64,000 bases of DNA from Octopus sinensis (taxonomy: Eukaryota). The stretch is from the NCBI RefSeq assembly GCF_006345805.1, contig NC_042998.1:74338001-74402000 (forward strand), read 5' to 3'. A program made the translations under genes and the position numbers. The notes beneath the pieces were generated by a model, which saw only the letters and a program-made list of their open reading frames with translations, was not told the origin of the DNA and ran no database searches. How positions within the stretch are numbered: the stretch's first letter is position 1; every line of letters begins with the position of its first letter. Shown here piece after piece: positions 37,952 to 51,211 of the stretch.

Positions 37952-38519
37952 GAGGAAATGACCAGCGACCGAGACCTTTGGAAATATGCTGTGCGTGAAA
38001 AGACCAGGCAGGACAAGTGAGTCCAGCCCACTTATGCATGCCTTTCCTCCCTTGGACACACAAAGACCTGTTGAGGCAAGCGAAGTCGATATCGAACCTC
38101 ATCCGACGACAGGCACCTATGCCAACCCACCTTTGCTTGCGAAGACCTGTTGGGGCAAGTGAAATCAGAATCCTATGACTGGCACCCGGCAGATGCCAGG
38201 ACCCCTGGACTGGAGATACGTAAAAAGCACTATCCGAATCGTGGCCGATGCCAGCGCCGCCTCGACTGGCTTCTGTGTTGGTGGCACGTAAAAAGCACCA
38301 TCCGAATCGTGGCCGAAGCCAACCTCGCCTGGCACCAGTGCAGGTGGCACGTAAAAAGCACCCACTACACTCACAGAGTGGTTGGCATTAGGAAGGGCAT
38401 CCAGCTGTAGAAACATTGCCAGATAAGACCGGAGCCTGGTGCAGCCTTCTGGCTTCCCAGATCCCCGGTCGAACCGTCCAACCCATGCTAGCATGGAGAA
38501 CGGACGTTAAACGATGATG

Positions 38520-38522
<3 letters not shown>
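37952..38522 (+). mobile_element. Young 5'-truncated RTE LINE (ORF end plus complete 3' UTR and (GAT)n tail)
   Basis: EEMTSDRDLWKYAVREKTRQDK*, three internal cgtaaaaagcac units, ggaagggcatccagctgtagaaac...acggacgttaaacgatgatgatg; CpGs retained; inserted in a TA/TG microsatellite. Confidence 0.9.
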
Positions 38523-38557
<35 letters not shown>

Positions 38558-39949
38558 TGCCCCAGCATGGCCACAGCTCATTAGCTGAAACTGGAAAAAT
38601 CAAATATATATATATATATGTGTGTGTGTTAATAGGCTGATATATATATATTGGTTGATTTCTCCAGTCATGTTTTACATTATATGGAGTTAATATAAGA
38701 GATATTGGATGATTGCTCCTATCAAGCTTCATTGCATGCACACATTTAGTGAGAGAGAGAAGGACTCGTAGTGGGAGAAGAGGAGGAGCAAATGATAGTT
38801 GGTTGCTGCCGAAAAAGTTTTTTTAATATTGTAATGAATATTTTCTGTAGATGCTTTTTGTTTTTTTTTGTTTTTAGACAAGCTGGTCGTTAGCATTGCA
38901 AGTTTTTTGTGTTAATCATTGGAGTATTCACCAACTTGAGAATTTCTAGCAAACTGTTCAAAATACAGTTATATTAATGCCCTTTTACCACCATGGGTAA
39001 TATCAGGGAATATGGCAGACATGCAGTGGTTATCAAATTACGTTACATTTTAATATGGGTAACATTTTAATATGCCATATTTACTTGTGTATAAATGAGA
39101 AATTTAATAATATAAATATCTATTATAATTTGGGTTAAAGTGGAGCCCAGTATTATACTGGGGTCTAATAAGAAAATAAAACACAACAAACCTATGTAAA
39201 TGAAGACACTGTATGTGTGTTTCTGTAGATGTAAAGACCTGCATCAATTATCTACTTAATACTATCAATCATTAATTGATCCGTTCGCTTTATATCATGA
39301 ATGGCTTTTCTGTCAGCCAGTTGTATTAGCTGATGTCATTGTTTATCAAACCTCAGTTTCTCTTCTCAGTGGATGAAAGAAGAATTTTAATTTATTTGAA
39401 TTTTTTTTTTAATGTTTTCTCTCTTTAAACAACTGCTAAGTGAAATCTGTTTTTGCTATTGTTCTTAATGTAAAATTTACTTAGAAAACTTCCTTTCTGT
39501 TAAGTATGTTTAATTGCAGTTTGTCAAACTTCAACTGTGTCATGTCTAGTTATTTCTGCATTCAAATTTGGTATCATCAGCCTGACTGAATTTCAATAAA
39601 GCTATCAAACCTGCTATTGTCTTTACTTTTTTTGTTATTTAGGAAGCTAGTAGTTGTGGTGCACCTCATTAGAATCACTAACAATATTTCTTTGAAATAC
39701 AACTCCTTATTGTGACTTCTTGAATATCCTGTCTTTACCACCATTTTCATTTGATTACTTCATGAATTAGCAGCTGACTTTCTCTTTCCATACACAACTA
39801 GGCAATGTTAACATTTCTCTTTGCAGTACATATGAATTTCTATTAGTAATTACTTATGCAACAGGAGAAATTGATAGTGAAGTTTACTGGTATTATTGAA
39901 GGAAAGGTTCTGTTGAATGCTTGTTCAACTTGAAAGTTGTAGGTGGGGC

Positions 39950-40177
39950 TTAACCCTTTCGTTACCAACCCGGCTGAAACCGGCTCTAGCTCTGAGTAAA
40001 AATGTCTTCTTTTCATAAGTTTTGAATTAAAATCTTCCACCAAACCTTAGTCACAATTTATGTTCCTATCACTAGCTTAATGATAACTAAATTATTTTGC
40101 TAAATTATTTGTTATATTTAAAGTAATTGAAAGAAACGCAGATCATCTTAAAATAAATACAGTAACAAAAGGGTTAA
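39950..40177. mobile_element. Second TTAA-flanked (piggyBac-type) MITE family
   Basis: TTAACCCTTTCGTTAC ... GTAACAAAAGGGTTAA termini (15/16 inverted match including TTAA). Confidence 0.9.
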
Positions 40178-40853
40178 TGCTCAATAAAAGGAATACTATG
40201 AATTGATGCTGGAGTAATATTTAAGATAGTGATAAATCTGAAATTCAAGTACTGAACCTCTTGTAAATTGATCTGTCAATACATCTACAATGATTCTGTA
40301 TTACAAATATATCATACCAGCCTGAAAAGAAAAGGACCAATATCCTGAAACCACAAAACAATCTATATAAATACTTGGAACCTAACACAAATGGAGCATT
40401 TCAATTTTCAGAAATGTAGACAATGAATGAACCACATTCATTATATTTTTCTTATCAGTTACACTATTTAAATAAAATACTGTTTTCAATTAAATTTTAA
40501 AATATTTGTTAATTTAGACTTATCCCTATAGCTATATTTAAAATGGTCTTAGAAACATACTTGTTTCAGAACTTTTATAACTAAAGTAGGTAAAGGTAGA
40601 ATGAGTGAAATAAAATTTACATAACACCATAAATTATTAGCCATTACATTTATGACAAAATACACTAATCTTATCAAGTGTATCCACTCCTTTTCCTTTG
40701 AATTAAAATAAATAAAAATCAGTGGGTTTTAGGTCATGAGGATGGATGATTAATTGGGTCTAGTTTCATAAATTTTGCAAGAGAGATAAAATTTACTAAT
40801 CTATTTTCTGGAAATCATGACTTCCATCTCTGCTGTGCAAACAGTGTCTACAT

Positions 40854-41106
40854 CAGTGGTTCTCAATCAGGGTCCATATGGCCATTAGGGATCCATATGA
40901 GATTTTGTTAAAATTCATGTGCAATATAATGGTTACACTTCTACAATACACAGAATATTTTTAACAGTTTTTTTATTAATGTTATTCCTAATAATAATAT
41001 AAAAATATAATAGGTTTTTCTTTAAATGTTGAATAGCCATTAGGGTCCATCTTAGTAAAATAGGATCACAGGGGGTCCACAGGCAAACCATGGTTGAAAA
41101 CCATTG
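40854..41106. mobile_element. hAT-Charlie-type MITE
   Basis: TIRs CAGTGGTTCTCAA / TTGAAAACCATTG; 8-bp TSD gtctacat / gtttacat. Confidence 0.85.
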
Positions 41107-43828
41107 GTTTACATCAACAGCTGAGTGAAAGTTCACCATGTGTCTTTGTTTTATTTGCAGCATTTGAAAACCATTCTATTAAATTTGGATCTTATAATTC
41201 TATATAATTTTTTTCTAAATTGCAGAAATAAGATAAAAATAACATCCTAATTCTAAGAATACTAAATGAACTCCCATAACAATATTGAATGGTTTTTAGG
41301 AATTTTAAATATGCGGTGTTCTATGTTAAGGCAGTAAAAATGCTCCTTAAATTGTCCCCCCCCCCGTGATGTAGGGGAGGGGGATAATAAAGTTATTTCC
41401 TATCTTCTAGTTACTGCTAAATGTTGTTGATTTTGTTATTCTTTTTCTAATATGTATCTGTGTGGAGCTTTTATGAATAGGGTCGTTGAATGTATTTCTG
41501 TCCAAACCTCATTGAACGTTGCTTTCTAAAGTTTTTACTGTCAATTTAGTTATAGCCTATGTTTTAAAGATATGTGTGTCACATTCCAGTTGAGACCACT
41601 TCGCTTTCATTTGTGATATATTACATTCAGGAGTAGTTTAGTCTTTATATTTATCCAGATTAATACTTAGGGAAGTCATTGGTAATTGTATGTAATCCTG
41701 ATTCACTTAGCAATGTCATGTAAAATGGCTGTGGAAGATTGTTTTCTCAAAGTAACCATGGTATACTATCTTATTTTTGATTTGGGTGTGGAGTCAGAGT
41801 AAATATCCTGAGCCTAGAGAGTGTTGATTAACAGGATGAGGAATAATAAACTGATTGGTCTACTTTGAGAGGGAGAGGTAGTTGATATCTTTTTTTGTAA
41901 ACCTAGAAGAATGAAAGACAATGTTGACCTCAGTGGCATAATAATAATTTATTCTAATTTATCATTCCGTGCATATTTCCTTGATAAGATAAAGAATTCA
42001 CATCTTTCAAACAAAAATGCAGACTAGTTGATACAGCTTATTTTTACGTGGTGTTTTTAATCAGAAATAGTATAACTAGGAAAAAAGGTACTGCACTTTC
42101 ATGTGCAGCCTTATGCCAAGCAGTTTGTTTGCAGTAGAATGTTGAATATTTGTAATTATCGTGATGACTTGCAGAGTATTTAGTTTGCATGAGTTGCTGA
42201 TTTTTATCAGTTCAGTTGTTTTCTGTGTGTTCACTGCTTATAAAAATCATCTGCCAGAACTTTGCCTTTCAAACCAATATGAACTAACATTCACATTTTG
42301 TTGAAGTTGTATTATCATGATTTTGTAATATAGCTTTCTTCGAGTTGTAATATGTAATTAGTTAATGGAACAATTAGTCAATATTACATCATAGTAAATT
42401 TAATGTTGTGCTCTCATTGTATGTCAATTGATTTGAAATCTATTTCATCTTATCTAAGTGTCCCAAAATAACTTCCATTATTAGATTATTCTTATTTAAT
42501 GTAAAAGATGAATTAAAAGAACAGATCTGACATTTTACCTTACTGCTATTTGCACAATGTCGAATATAGCTATGTTCACATCTTGTAGAGAAAAAAATGT
42601 GAATAACAATTCATTAGATGGCAAGAAATATTGGTTACATGATCTAACATGTACTGGTACAACTGACCTAAAGTACTTGAAACCTTGCTTGGAGAATGGC
42701 AGTGATTAAGGGGGGAAAAAAAACACCACAATTTTCCTGCGAGATTGTAGTCAGTGGTGTTAAGTTGAAGTTTAGTCACTACTACTTGCCAACAGAACAT
42801 TTATTCAATTTATTGTGCTGGAATCGCTTTCAGCATCCTGTTCTTAAGTGGTACCTGTTTACAGTTATGTTGGCTATGCCCTAACTATAGGCATTGCTCA
42901 GTGCTGCTGCTAGTAGATAAACCACAAGCAGCTCAGTTTGTATTGAGTTTGACTGTTACACTACCCAATAAGTTCTCCTAATAGACTTTTTCAATACATT
43001 TACAAGCATATTATATTTAGAAAAAAAAATTCATTTTAGTAATTAATAAAAAAAGTCTTATGAATAATTAAATTTAAAATATTTAAATAAATATAATCAA
43101 TATTATTATTGAAAGAATCTGTTCTGTTTTGAACTTTCCCTTTCTAATTATAACATTCCTTAGTTTTTTTTTTTGCAGAAAAAATATTGACGGTTTTAGA
43201 ATTTTCTATTATGGATTCCTTTTGCATGACAAATCTCTTTGATAGTTTAGATTCATTACAATAAATTAATATTTTGCCAGGAGCCTAAAAATGAAATATA
43301 CCAGTTGGTTTTAGCTCACATTTTAGCTTCTAGTGAAAAATCGTTATATTGCAAATCAAAGCTGTTCTTTTTACTCAGTACTCTGCTTACAAGATTTTCT
43401 TTAGGCTTAGAATAATACTTCAGAAAAGTTTTGTTTTTTACTCCTAATCTTTCAACCATTGGAAATGTAGAACTTCACCTTGAAAGATAGTGTGTGTATT
43501 GATAATTTATCTCAAGAATGGTATCATTTTAGCATTCTTAGGTATTCTGCAAGAGAAGATACCATTTAATCTCAGTATGGAGAACGGAATGACATTGCTA
43601 CAATATTTTCTGTGACATTCACTGCAAATTGTTTTGTTTTTATACACTATAAATAAAAATGCTTAACTCTAGTATGAAGTTCATAAAAAAAAAACCACCT
43701 ATAAATATAAATCATGCGACAAACTTTGAGCACAATCTTAAATAACACAACAACTGTTTTTTCTGATAATCAAAATGAATGTGTTTTTAATGTTCTTAAC
43801 CCATGTTTTTATTTTGTGTATGTCTCAG

Positions 43829-43998
43829 AAACATGAATTCCCAGCCACAAAAGGAACCTGATCCAGATGCTATTAAAATGTTTGTTGGACAAATACCTCG
43901 TTCTATGGATGAAAATGAACTCAGAAAAATGTTTGAGGAATTTGGTCCAGTATTTCAGTTAAATGTCTTACGGGATAAAATGACTGGACAGAGTAAAG
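43829..43998 (+). CDS. CELF: CELF1/2-type (Bruno/CUGBP/ETR-3) RRM1 exon, N-terminal part
   Basis: Acceptor ttttgtgtatgtctcag ends at 43828. [57 protein letters not shown] contains the CELF signature [15 protein letters not shown] (RNP2). Donor G|GTAGGT at 43999, phase 1. Internal ATG at 43833. Confidence 0.97.
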
Positions 43999-44351
43999 GT
44001 AGGTTGAAAATCTCAATATATCTTTTTAGCTTCAAGTTATCGATTATCTTAATCTTTAAATTATAGGATTTGTTATGTGAAGAAATTTATATTGATCTGT
44101 TTTCTTTGAGAAAATTTTTTCCTCATTATTTTGATAAATATTTAAATAAAGTAGCTGATTTGCTGGTTGAAGTACTGATAATATTAGAGGTTGATCATTG
44201 CAATATGGAAAATATACTGATCACATAACAAGTAAACCATGTGAACAATATTGATTCAGCATCTTAGCACTGCACTTCTACAGGAAATTCTACTAAGTCA
44301 CTTCAATTAAAGTTTACCTTTAATAACTTGCATTGTATCTTGTATCTAGGC

Positions 44352-44579
44352 TTAACCCTTTAGCATTCAGATTATTCTGTCAAATGTTAAGCTTATGTAT
44401 TCACACCATGTAAAATTAATCTTGCATCATTTCATGGCTTTGAGATTTCAATGATGTGATTGTTTATTTTTAAAATGACACAATAAGGTGGCTATGAATG
44501 ACCATATCTGACTGGTTTGAATATAAAATAGGTAGAATATTTTGGCCGGATATGGCCGGTTTAAATACTAAAGGGTTAA
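44352..44579 (+). mobile_element. Intact TTAA-flanked (piggyBac-type) MITE
   Basis: TTAACCCTTTAGCATT ... AATACTAAAGGGTTAA; same family as 12795 and 28626, opposite orientation. Confidence 0.9.
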
Positions 44580-44904
44580 AAAACAATTCACATATATGTT
44601 TAAGATATACATTCTTATATATATTTTACAGTGCTTTGACTAAGGACTTTTTAGAATGTATTGAATAGTTTAGGTAATTTTGTGTTTGCTTCATCACTTT
44701 CCATTTTTTAAAGTCATTTGTTTTTGCATCATGATCAGGTTGGGAATTTTTTTTTTTTCTTGAACAGTTTCAAAATATTTTCAGGTACCCTGCCTTGCAA
44801 ACCTAAAACTCTCATGGAGGTGGTTTTCTTTGTTCCCAAATTAACATGAGGGTAAACAAGGATGTTGATGGTGGTGGTGATAATAATAATAATTTAAAAT
44901 TTTG

Positions 44905-45094
44905 CCGTAAGGGCAGCCATTTTGGAGGAGGGGATGTGTCAATTACATTGACCCAAGTGTTGAGCTGGTACTTAATTTATTGACCCCGACAGGATGAAAG
45001 GCAAAGTCGACAATTTGAACTCAGAACGTAGTGGCAGATCAAATGCTGCTAAGCATTTCGCTCAGTGTGCTAACATTTCTGCCAGCTTGCCACC
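44905..45094 (-). mobile_element. Second SINE family, antisense (degenerate neighbours at 45120-45300 and 41830-41940)
   Basis: Reverse complement reads ggtggcaagctggcagaaatgttagcac...gttctgagttcaaattgtcgactttgcctttcatcctgtcggggtcaataaattaagtaccag (B-box-like GAGTTCAAATT). Flanked by (AAT)n. Confidence 0.7.
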
Positions 45095-47124
45095 ATAATA
45101 ATAATAATGATGAAAATATAAGGTTAACAGTTTTGAGGGAGGAGGGTAGTCTATTAAACTGACTCCAGTACTTTCTGGGACTTCATTTTGTTGGCTCTTA
45201 AAGGATGAAAGGTGAAGTTGACTTTGTTGGAATTTGAATCAAGCATGTAAAATAGTTGTAAAACTGATTACTGCAAGGCATTTTATCTGATTCTCTAATA
45301 GTTCCACCTCTCCAGTTCTCAGCTTTTCATTCCAAAGTTAATTTGCAGACAAAAGATTTGTAGGCTGCTGCATCAGTTCATTTTGCCTAACAGCATTCTT
45401 TGATCTCACCTGTGGCTGTCACACTCCCAGAACTAGGAATCAGACTTTATCACAGGTTATTATTAATTAATCTCCTTTGTACATGCCGTACGTGATTATT
45501 GGTAGATAAACCATTTTAAAATTGCACTTCATGCAGCTGGTTTTTGTCTAATTGTTTACCTATTCTGTTCATCTTGATCTTTGTAAATAGCTTGTTTATA
45601 GTTCTTAATTATTACCTTACATAAGGTAATAATTATTGCACTGTACCAACTGTAGGTGTTTCTGTTTTGTTACAAGTAAGCAATGAAGAATTAGACAAAA
45701 TGATTTGATATAGCTTCTGGTATTTTTTAAGATAAGATATCAAATGTCCTGTTGTCTTGGAATATTATCTCTCTTCAGTTATTTGTATTCTATTTTAAGT
45801 GCAAAATGCCCTTTATACCCAATATATCATCCCAGCAATTATGGTAGAAACATGGAAATTGACAAATAAGCTAACATGTAAGCTTAGAACAGTTCATCAA
45901 ACTTACAAACACCTTATTTATGGAATAATTGTAAAAGAGTATGGAATGATGAAATTTATCTAAATGTAACATTGAAGTTCAAAAAGTTGTTGAAATGGAG
46001 TAGGTCTTGACATTTTTTGATTAGCTGTGGATGAGAAAACTAACAGACAAGATTTCAAGAACCTGTAAAAGAAACAGAGTGACAACAAACAAAATAGAGA
46101 GAGTGAGATGAATTTATATACTCGACAAAAATTAGATATTAGACACCCAAAGATGTAAAGAGGACAGCCGTTATCCAGCTTTAGAGTGCATTAGTTTACT
46201 GGATAATATGTAACTAATTATCATCCTGTAATCTAATATGGCTAAGATTGTATAGTTTGATATTGCAAAATGAAAGTATCTGAAACCTGGCACAGACTAT
46301 TTCTCTTGTTTTTTGAGGATTTCATCTCTGTATCCACTCCAATTATTAAAGACATTAAAAGAATGTTCTCTTATTGAACAAAAGTAGTTAGTCAACATAA
46401 CTCTGTAAGCGGCATAGGGTAAGTTCCCTAATTTCTTATAGTTAGTCCATATTACTCCATAAGGAACATAAGGGGCCAGTTTCCCCACAGAACAGAGATA
46501 CACTCTTAAAAGTCATATGAATTATAAGTTTTAATAAAAACCAGTATTCTTCTCTTGCTTCACCCATGGAAAAGTCAGTTAATGATACTGCATTGTTTTC
46601 AAAAAAATCCATATGTATTTTAAATATGTATAGCTTATGGTTATCCAGAAGTCTTTTAGAGTTAGTTGTTATATCCATATACCACCAGCCTTTCCAGAAA
46701 AATAGCTATGTTGATGTGATGTGACTCGAGAAACTATTCATCAATAAAGTGTTTCTCTGTAAATGCAATGTATCTTTATTTTTACATTTAAATTTGAATG
46801 TTTTTATGCATGTGTGTATTTGTGTGTGGGTGTGTGTGTTTCTCTCTTGAAAAACTTGTAATATAAATGTAATTTGTATTGAATATTTGTAATTATTGGA
46901 GATTTTACCATGGAAGCTTTGCAGTCAGAATTCTTAGATAAATATCCAAGAAAGTTATGTCTCAAACATTCAGGTGTTATGGAGGCAAAACCTGGTAGCA
47001 ATAAATGGTAATTAAGAGCTTTCTTACAAAAAAAAATTCAGCCTGAAGAAAAAGAGACCCAAACATTAAAAAAAAAAATCATTTTCAAATATTAGCATGA
47101 GTTCATTTTTTTCACTTAGTACAC

Positions 47125-47554
47125 AGTAACTGTAACAAGACTGAGTTCTTATCCATTACATGTGACTTTCTGTAGTCTTTGTTTCTGTCTATTACATGTG
47201 ACAAGTCTCTGAGTTCTTATCTGTTGCATGTGACAAGTCTTTGAGTTCTTACCTGTTACATGTGACATTCTATAAGTCTTTTGTTTCTGTCTATTACATG
47301 TAACTTATCTGTTACTTGTGATTTTTCTATAGTCTATATCTTATTCCTGTCTATTACATGCAACTTTCTGTAGCCTGTTATTCCTGTTTGTTACATGTGA
47401 CTTTCTATGAAGCCTATGTTATTCCCATCTGTTATAGTTAACTTTCTTCAGTCCTCTTCCTGTTTGTTACTTTCTTCTATGTAGTCTACGTTCTTGTCTG
47501 TTATATGAGACTTTCTATTCTCTGTTTGTTCTTGTGTGTTACATGTAACTTTCT
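47125..47554. repeat. Degenerate minisatellite, about 30-40-bp period, core TGTTACATGTGACTTTCT
   Basis: The core ttacatgtgac or a variant recurs about eleven times between 47155 and 47550. Confidence 0.85.
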
Positions 47555-49140
47555 AATTTTATCCTTTCATTGCTGTTTGTTTGAATCAGCAGAAATGAGA
47601 TTTTCAGCATTTCATTGTACCTTATAGTTAGTTATTAGGAAGCATATCTTACTTTAATTCTTTGTTCCTTTTGCCAAACCTAGCTGGTTGAAAATTCAGC
47701 ATAATGTGTAAAATATTTGCTGAAGGTAAAAAAAGAAGCTCTGCAAATGTATTTAACATAAGAAAAGGGAAAATGTTGAATAGAAGAATGCTGTCAACCA
47801 GACTATAATTACCATGCCATCTGTGGTTTCATGTTGCCCCAGAGGCTCCCCTCTCCCCATTTGTGTCTTGTAGTTTCTAGTTTTCCTTGACTTGAAAATC
47901 TTTTCTGATTACATCTGACATTATTTTACTTTGCTGTCTCCATCCTACCATACTCTGTCTGCTTTGTTTTATATATGACTGAACTTCAAAAATTTCAATA
48001 AGAAATTGGGAAATAATTTCATTGACAGATTTTCTTTTAGAAAAATATGTCCATATTTTGAAATGGGAGCTGTGTATAAAGTTCCAGTTAACTTATTAAA
48101 AATATTTATATTATTACTTGAAAAATGACAATTTATTCCAGTGTCAATTTCATCTTTGAATTTATTTCAATATATTTTTTAATTCTTTTCATAGCTTTTG
48201 TACATTTCTAAATGAATAAAACAACCTAAGAAATAAGCAGCTACTTCAATGTTACAAAATTTTAAGTATATTTTGTTCTCGAGAACTTGTATTTTCAATG
48301 GTGAATTTCTTGTAACAGATCTGTATCTTTGGCATCTGAAATCATTTAAAGATTATTGAAATGCAACAAATAAAAAAATCTACAGATATTGTGGTCACTT
48401 GTCTGAAAAATATGTAACTATTGGTCAGCTGTGTTGGTCAAGTAAAAATCATTGTGCACATTTCTAAACAACATTTGTGTGTGTTTGTGTTTGTTTGTCA
48501 GTGAGAAAAAGAAAGAAACTTTGTCTTTTCTGCTTTCTATAACATGTACATGTTCCATTAAAGTGACTTTGTGTTTTCATGACCTATCATTGTATATTCT
48601 ATGTAAATTATTGACCATCCTCAATCCATTCTGATGAACAACTGTCATTTGCAATATGAGCTTCCAATCTTAAGAACTAACTCATGTTTTGTAGCTTTGT
48701 TTGACTTAAGTAGGTCCAATGTTTATCCCCATGGCTGCATATGGAGGCCTTTCATAAAGGTATAAAGCACGATAAATGAGGGTATAAAGCATGATAAATC
48801 AAGAGAAATGTTTCCACCTAAGCATCATGATAAAATATTTTGCTCCAACTTCTGTCAAGCTCAATTTATTCAAAATTAAGTCTGCAGCATTTGCACATTT
48901 CCAAAAGCTTTTAAGCTTAGCAACATTGAAACCAAGCCACAAATTTGGTTTCAAGTTTTTGTTGGTGCAGTTTTTTTTTCTTTTTGTTAACTTCATGGAT
49001 CAAAGAAAGACTAAAATCCTTAGAAAAAAAATTCTTTACTTTATTAGCTCTGTCAACATCATTTATTACTATGAAAATTCTGTTTGACAAGGAATATCAT
49101 TTTCTCAATATGTAATAGCTACAAAATTAGCACTTATGTT

Positions 49141-49530
49141 AACTGGTATGAATGTCATTTTGAGCCAGTTGTTGAATGTAAAAATGTCACCATCCTCTGG
49201 GATTTTCCACTCAACACCAACAGAAAGATCCAGGCTAAGGAACCAGACAGTTAAGACAGAGAAGAAAATACTTGTAGACTAATAGATGTAAGTGTTCCCA
49301 CTGATAAAAATATATCTGTAAAGGAATTTGAAACACTTAGTAAATAGACAGACCTAGAAACTGAAATACAAACGATGTGACATTTTAAAGTAAAAACTGT
49401 TCCTGTTGTAGGTTTGTTAGGTATGATAAAAAGGGGATGTCAGAAACATCTAGACAACATTTCAGGAGAGCCATTTCTCAAAGAAATCCAACAGAATGTG
49501 CTGAGAAGCACGACCCACATCCTTAAAAAA
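49141..49530 (+). mobile_element. RLE-type non-LTR retrotransposon C-terminus (R4/Dong or NeSL-like)
   Basis: NWYECHFEPVVECKNVTILWDFPLNTNRKIQAKEPD...CRLIDVSVPTDKNISVKEFETLSK*TDLETEIQTM...VPVVGLLGMI...EIQQNVLRSTTHILK: the canonical WDF..TD...RPD..ID..P..K..KY.DL RLE domain, with stops. Confidence 0.85.
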
Positions 49531-49744
49531 AAAAACCAAGCAATTTAAATGTTTGTGTTATATGGAGGTATTCTACTGTTACCCTTGCCACTTCCCCTCT
49601 CCAAGCTTTCAATTATATGGTAACATCTCTTAACCTTCATTTGCCTTTAAGACACGAGATGTGTCTCAGCAAGTGATTGCAGTAAACTTGCTGATTGCAA
49701 GTAAATAAAAGTGATGACGGTGATGTTGATTAAAAGTCAAATAC

Positions 49745-50190
49745 TCATCATCACTTTATGTCCTGTTTCTATGTTGGGATGGGTTATTGTGGTTTCAGTT
49801 AATTCTGTCTGCTTGTTTGCCAACCACTTTATAGAGGTTGCATTTTATATATTAGAATACCAGCAATAATAGATTTGCCATGTTCTCACTGCTCTGTATT
49901 GTCTGTTCAGGACAAGTTGGGTGGAAAGGGAGAAAAAAGAGGGAATGAAGAATAGATTGAGGTGATTGAATAGAAGAGAAGGGTGAAATGGGAGTAACAG
50001 TGTTAGATGTGGAGATGGCAACAAAGGCAAGGTATAATGGTATTGTAATAGCATAGGGGGTAAGGGAATGGAGAGAGACTAAAGATGTTGGCAAGGTAAG
50101 GAAGAGTAAGTGATGGATAGTTGTAGAATGGTCATTGGTATGAATGTGACCTGGGAAGAAGGCATAGAGCTTCTCTATATTAGAGGAGGC
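49745..50190 (-). mobile_element. Degenerate RTE 3' UTR remnant
   Basis: catcatcactttatgtcctgtttctatgttgggatgggt...tgccaaccacttt followed by a GA-rich block like that at 54480-54960. Confidence 0.5.
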
Positions 50191-50604
50191 GGGTTAATGA
50201 TAATGTTCTGTATAATTTAAATTTTGTTTCATAACATGGGGGATAATTGAAAAGTGGTGTTGTGAAATTAGTAGTTGCAGTACAATGTTATTTCCACATG
50301 AAAAGCATTCACTTAAAATGCCCCCTAGGTTAAAAGGGAAAAAAAAAACAAAAACAAAAAACCTCAAGAAAAATAAAACCTTGCTAGTAGATCCAATCGT
50401 AAACTGCCCTAACTTCATGTTCATATTGCCTTTTTTTTTTCAAAGCTTTCTGTGTTTATTAAAAAAAGATATAAAAAAAAGCCTTCAATTATCACTGTAG
50501 CTTACAACTTGTTCTAATTGAGTTTTATTGAATTGTACTGTTCTTGTCATACTGTTTGGACTCGTAAGTAATTCTGTTTTATTGTTTTTTTGTTTGTCTT
50601 GTAG

Positions 50605-50687
50605 GATGTTGTTTTGTTACTTTTTACACAAGGAAATCTGCCCTAGATGCACAAAATGCTCTTCACAATATTAAAACATTACCACAA
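50605..50687 (+). CDS. CELF: CELF RRM1 exon, RNP1 to near the end of RRM1
   Basis: Acceptor tttttttgtttgtcttgtag ends at 50604. (G)[27 protein letters not shown] closely matches CELF1/2 [27 protein letters not shown]. Donor GTAAGT at 50688, phase 0. Confidence 0.97.
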
Positions 50688-51100
50688 GTAAGTAAATGAA
50701 TTTGTTTTCCAAGACATGCCCTAATTTCACTGATGGAGCAGCTGTTTTACACGTCTTTGCAAAGTTATTAACATGCGCGTTATCTTGCAAATCCTTTTAA
50801 TCTCACAAATTGTGTGATCATTTAGGATGACATTGATGCTGCTATTTGTCAATTTAAAATAACAGGGTTGATATGATCTTTTCCTCAGCAAATCAACTTT
50901 ATATGTCTGAAGAGCTATGTATTATAGGCATTTTATACACATACTTGTGTTTCAAAGTAAACCACTATACTTACTCTAATTAGTATAATTAGTATTTTGT
51001 TCTTTGTATTGTCTTGAAAAATCTGTTTTATTGTGAAAGTCCAGTTTTGTAAAGCCCATCACATTGTAAAATAGATGTAAAAAAAAAACATCATGCATGC

Positions 51101-51211
<111 letters not shown>

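Noticed and set aside
43999-44066. ORF-track extension [21 protein letters not shown] after SKG
   Set aside because: Read-through into the intron past the GTAGGT donor; homology resumes at 50605.
48755-48800. Short direct duplication ggtataaagca(c/t)gataaat x2 (also acattttaatatg x2 near 39045)
   Set aside because: Ordinary local slippage duplications with no further structure.
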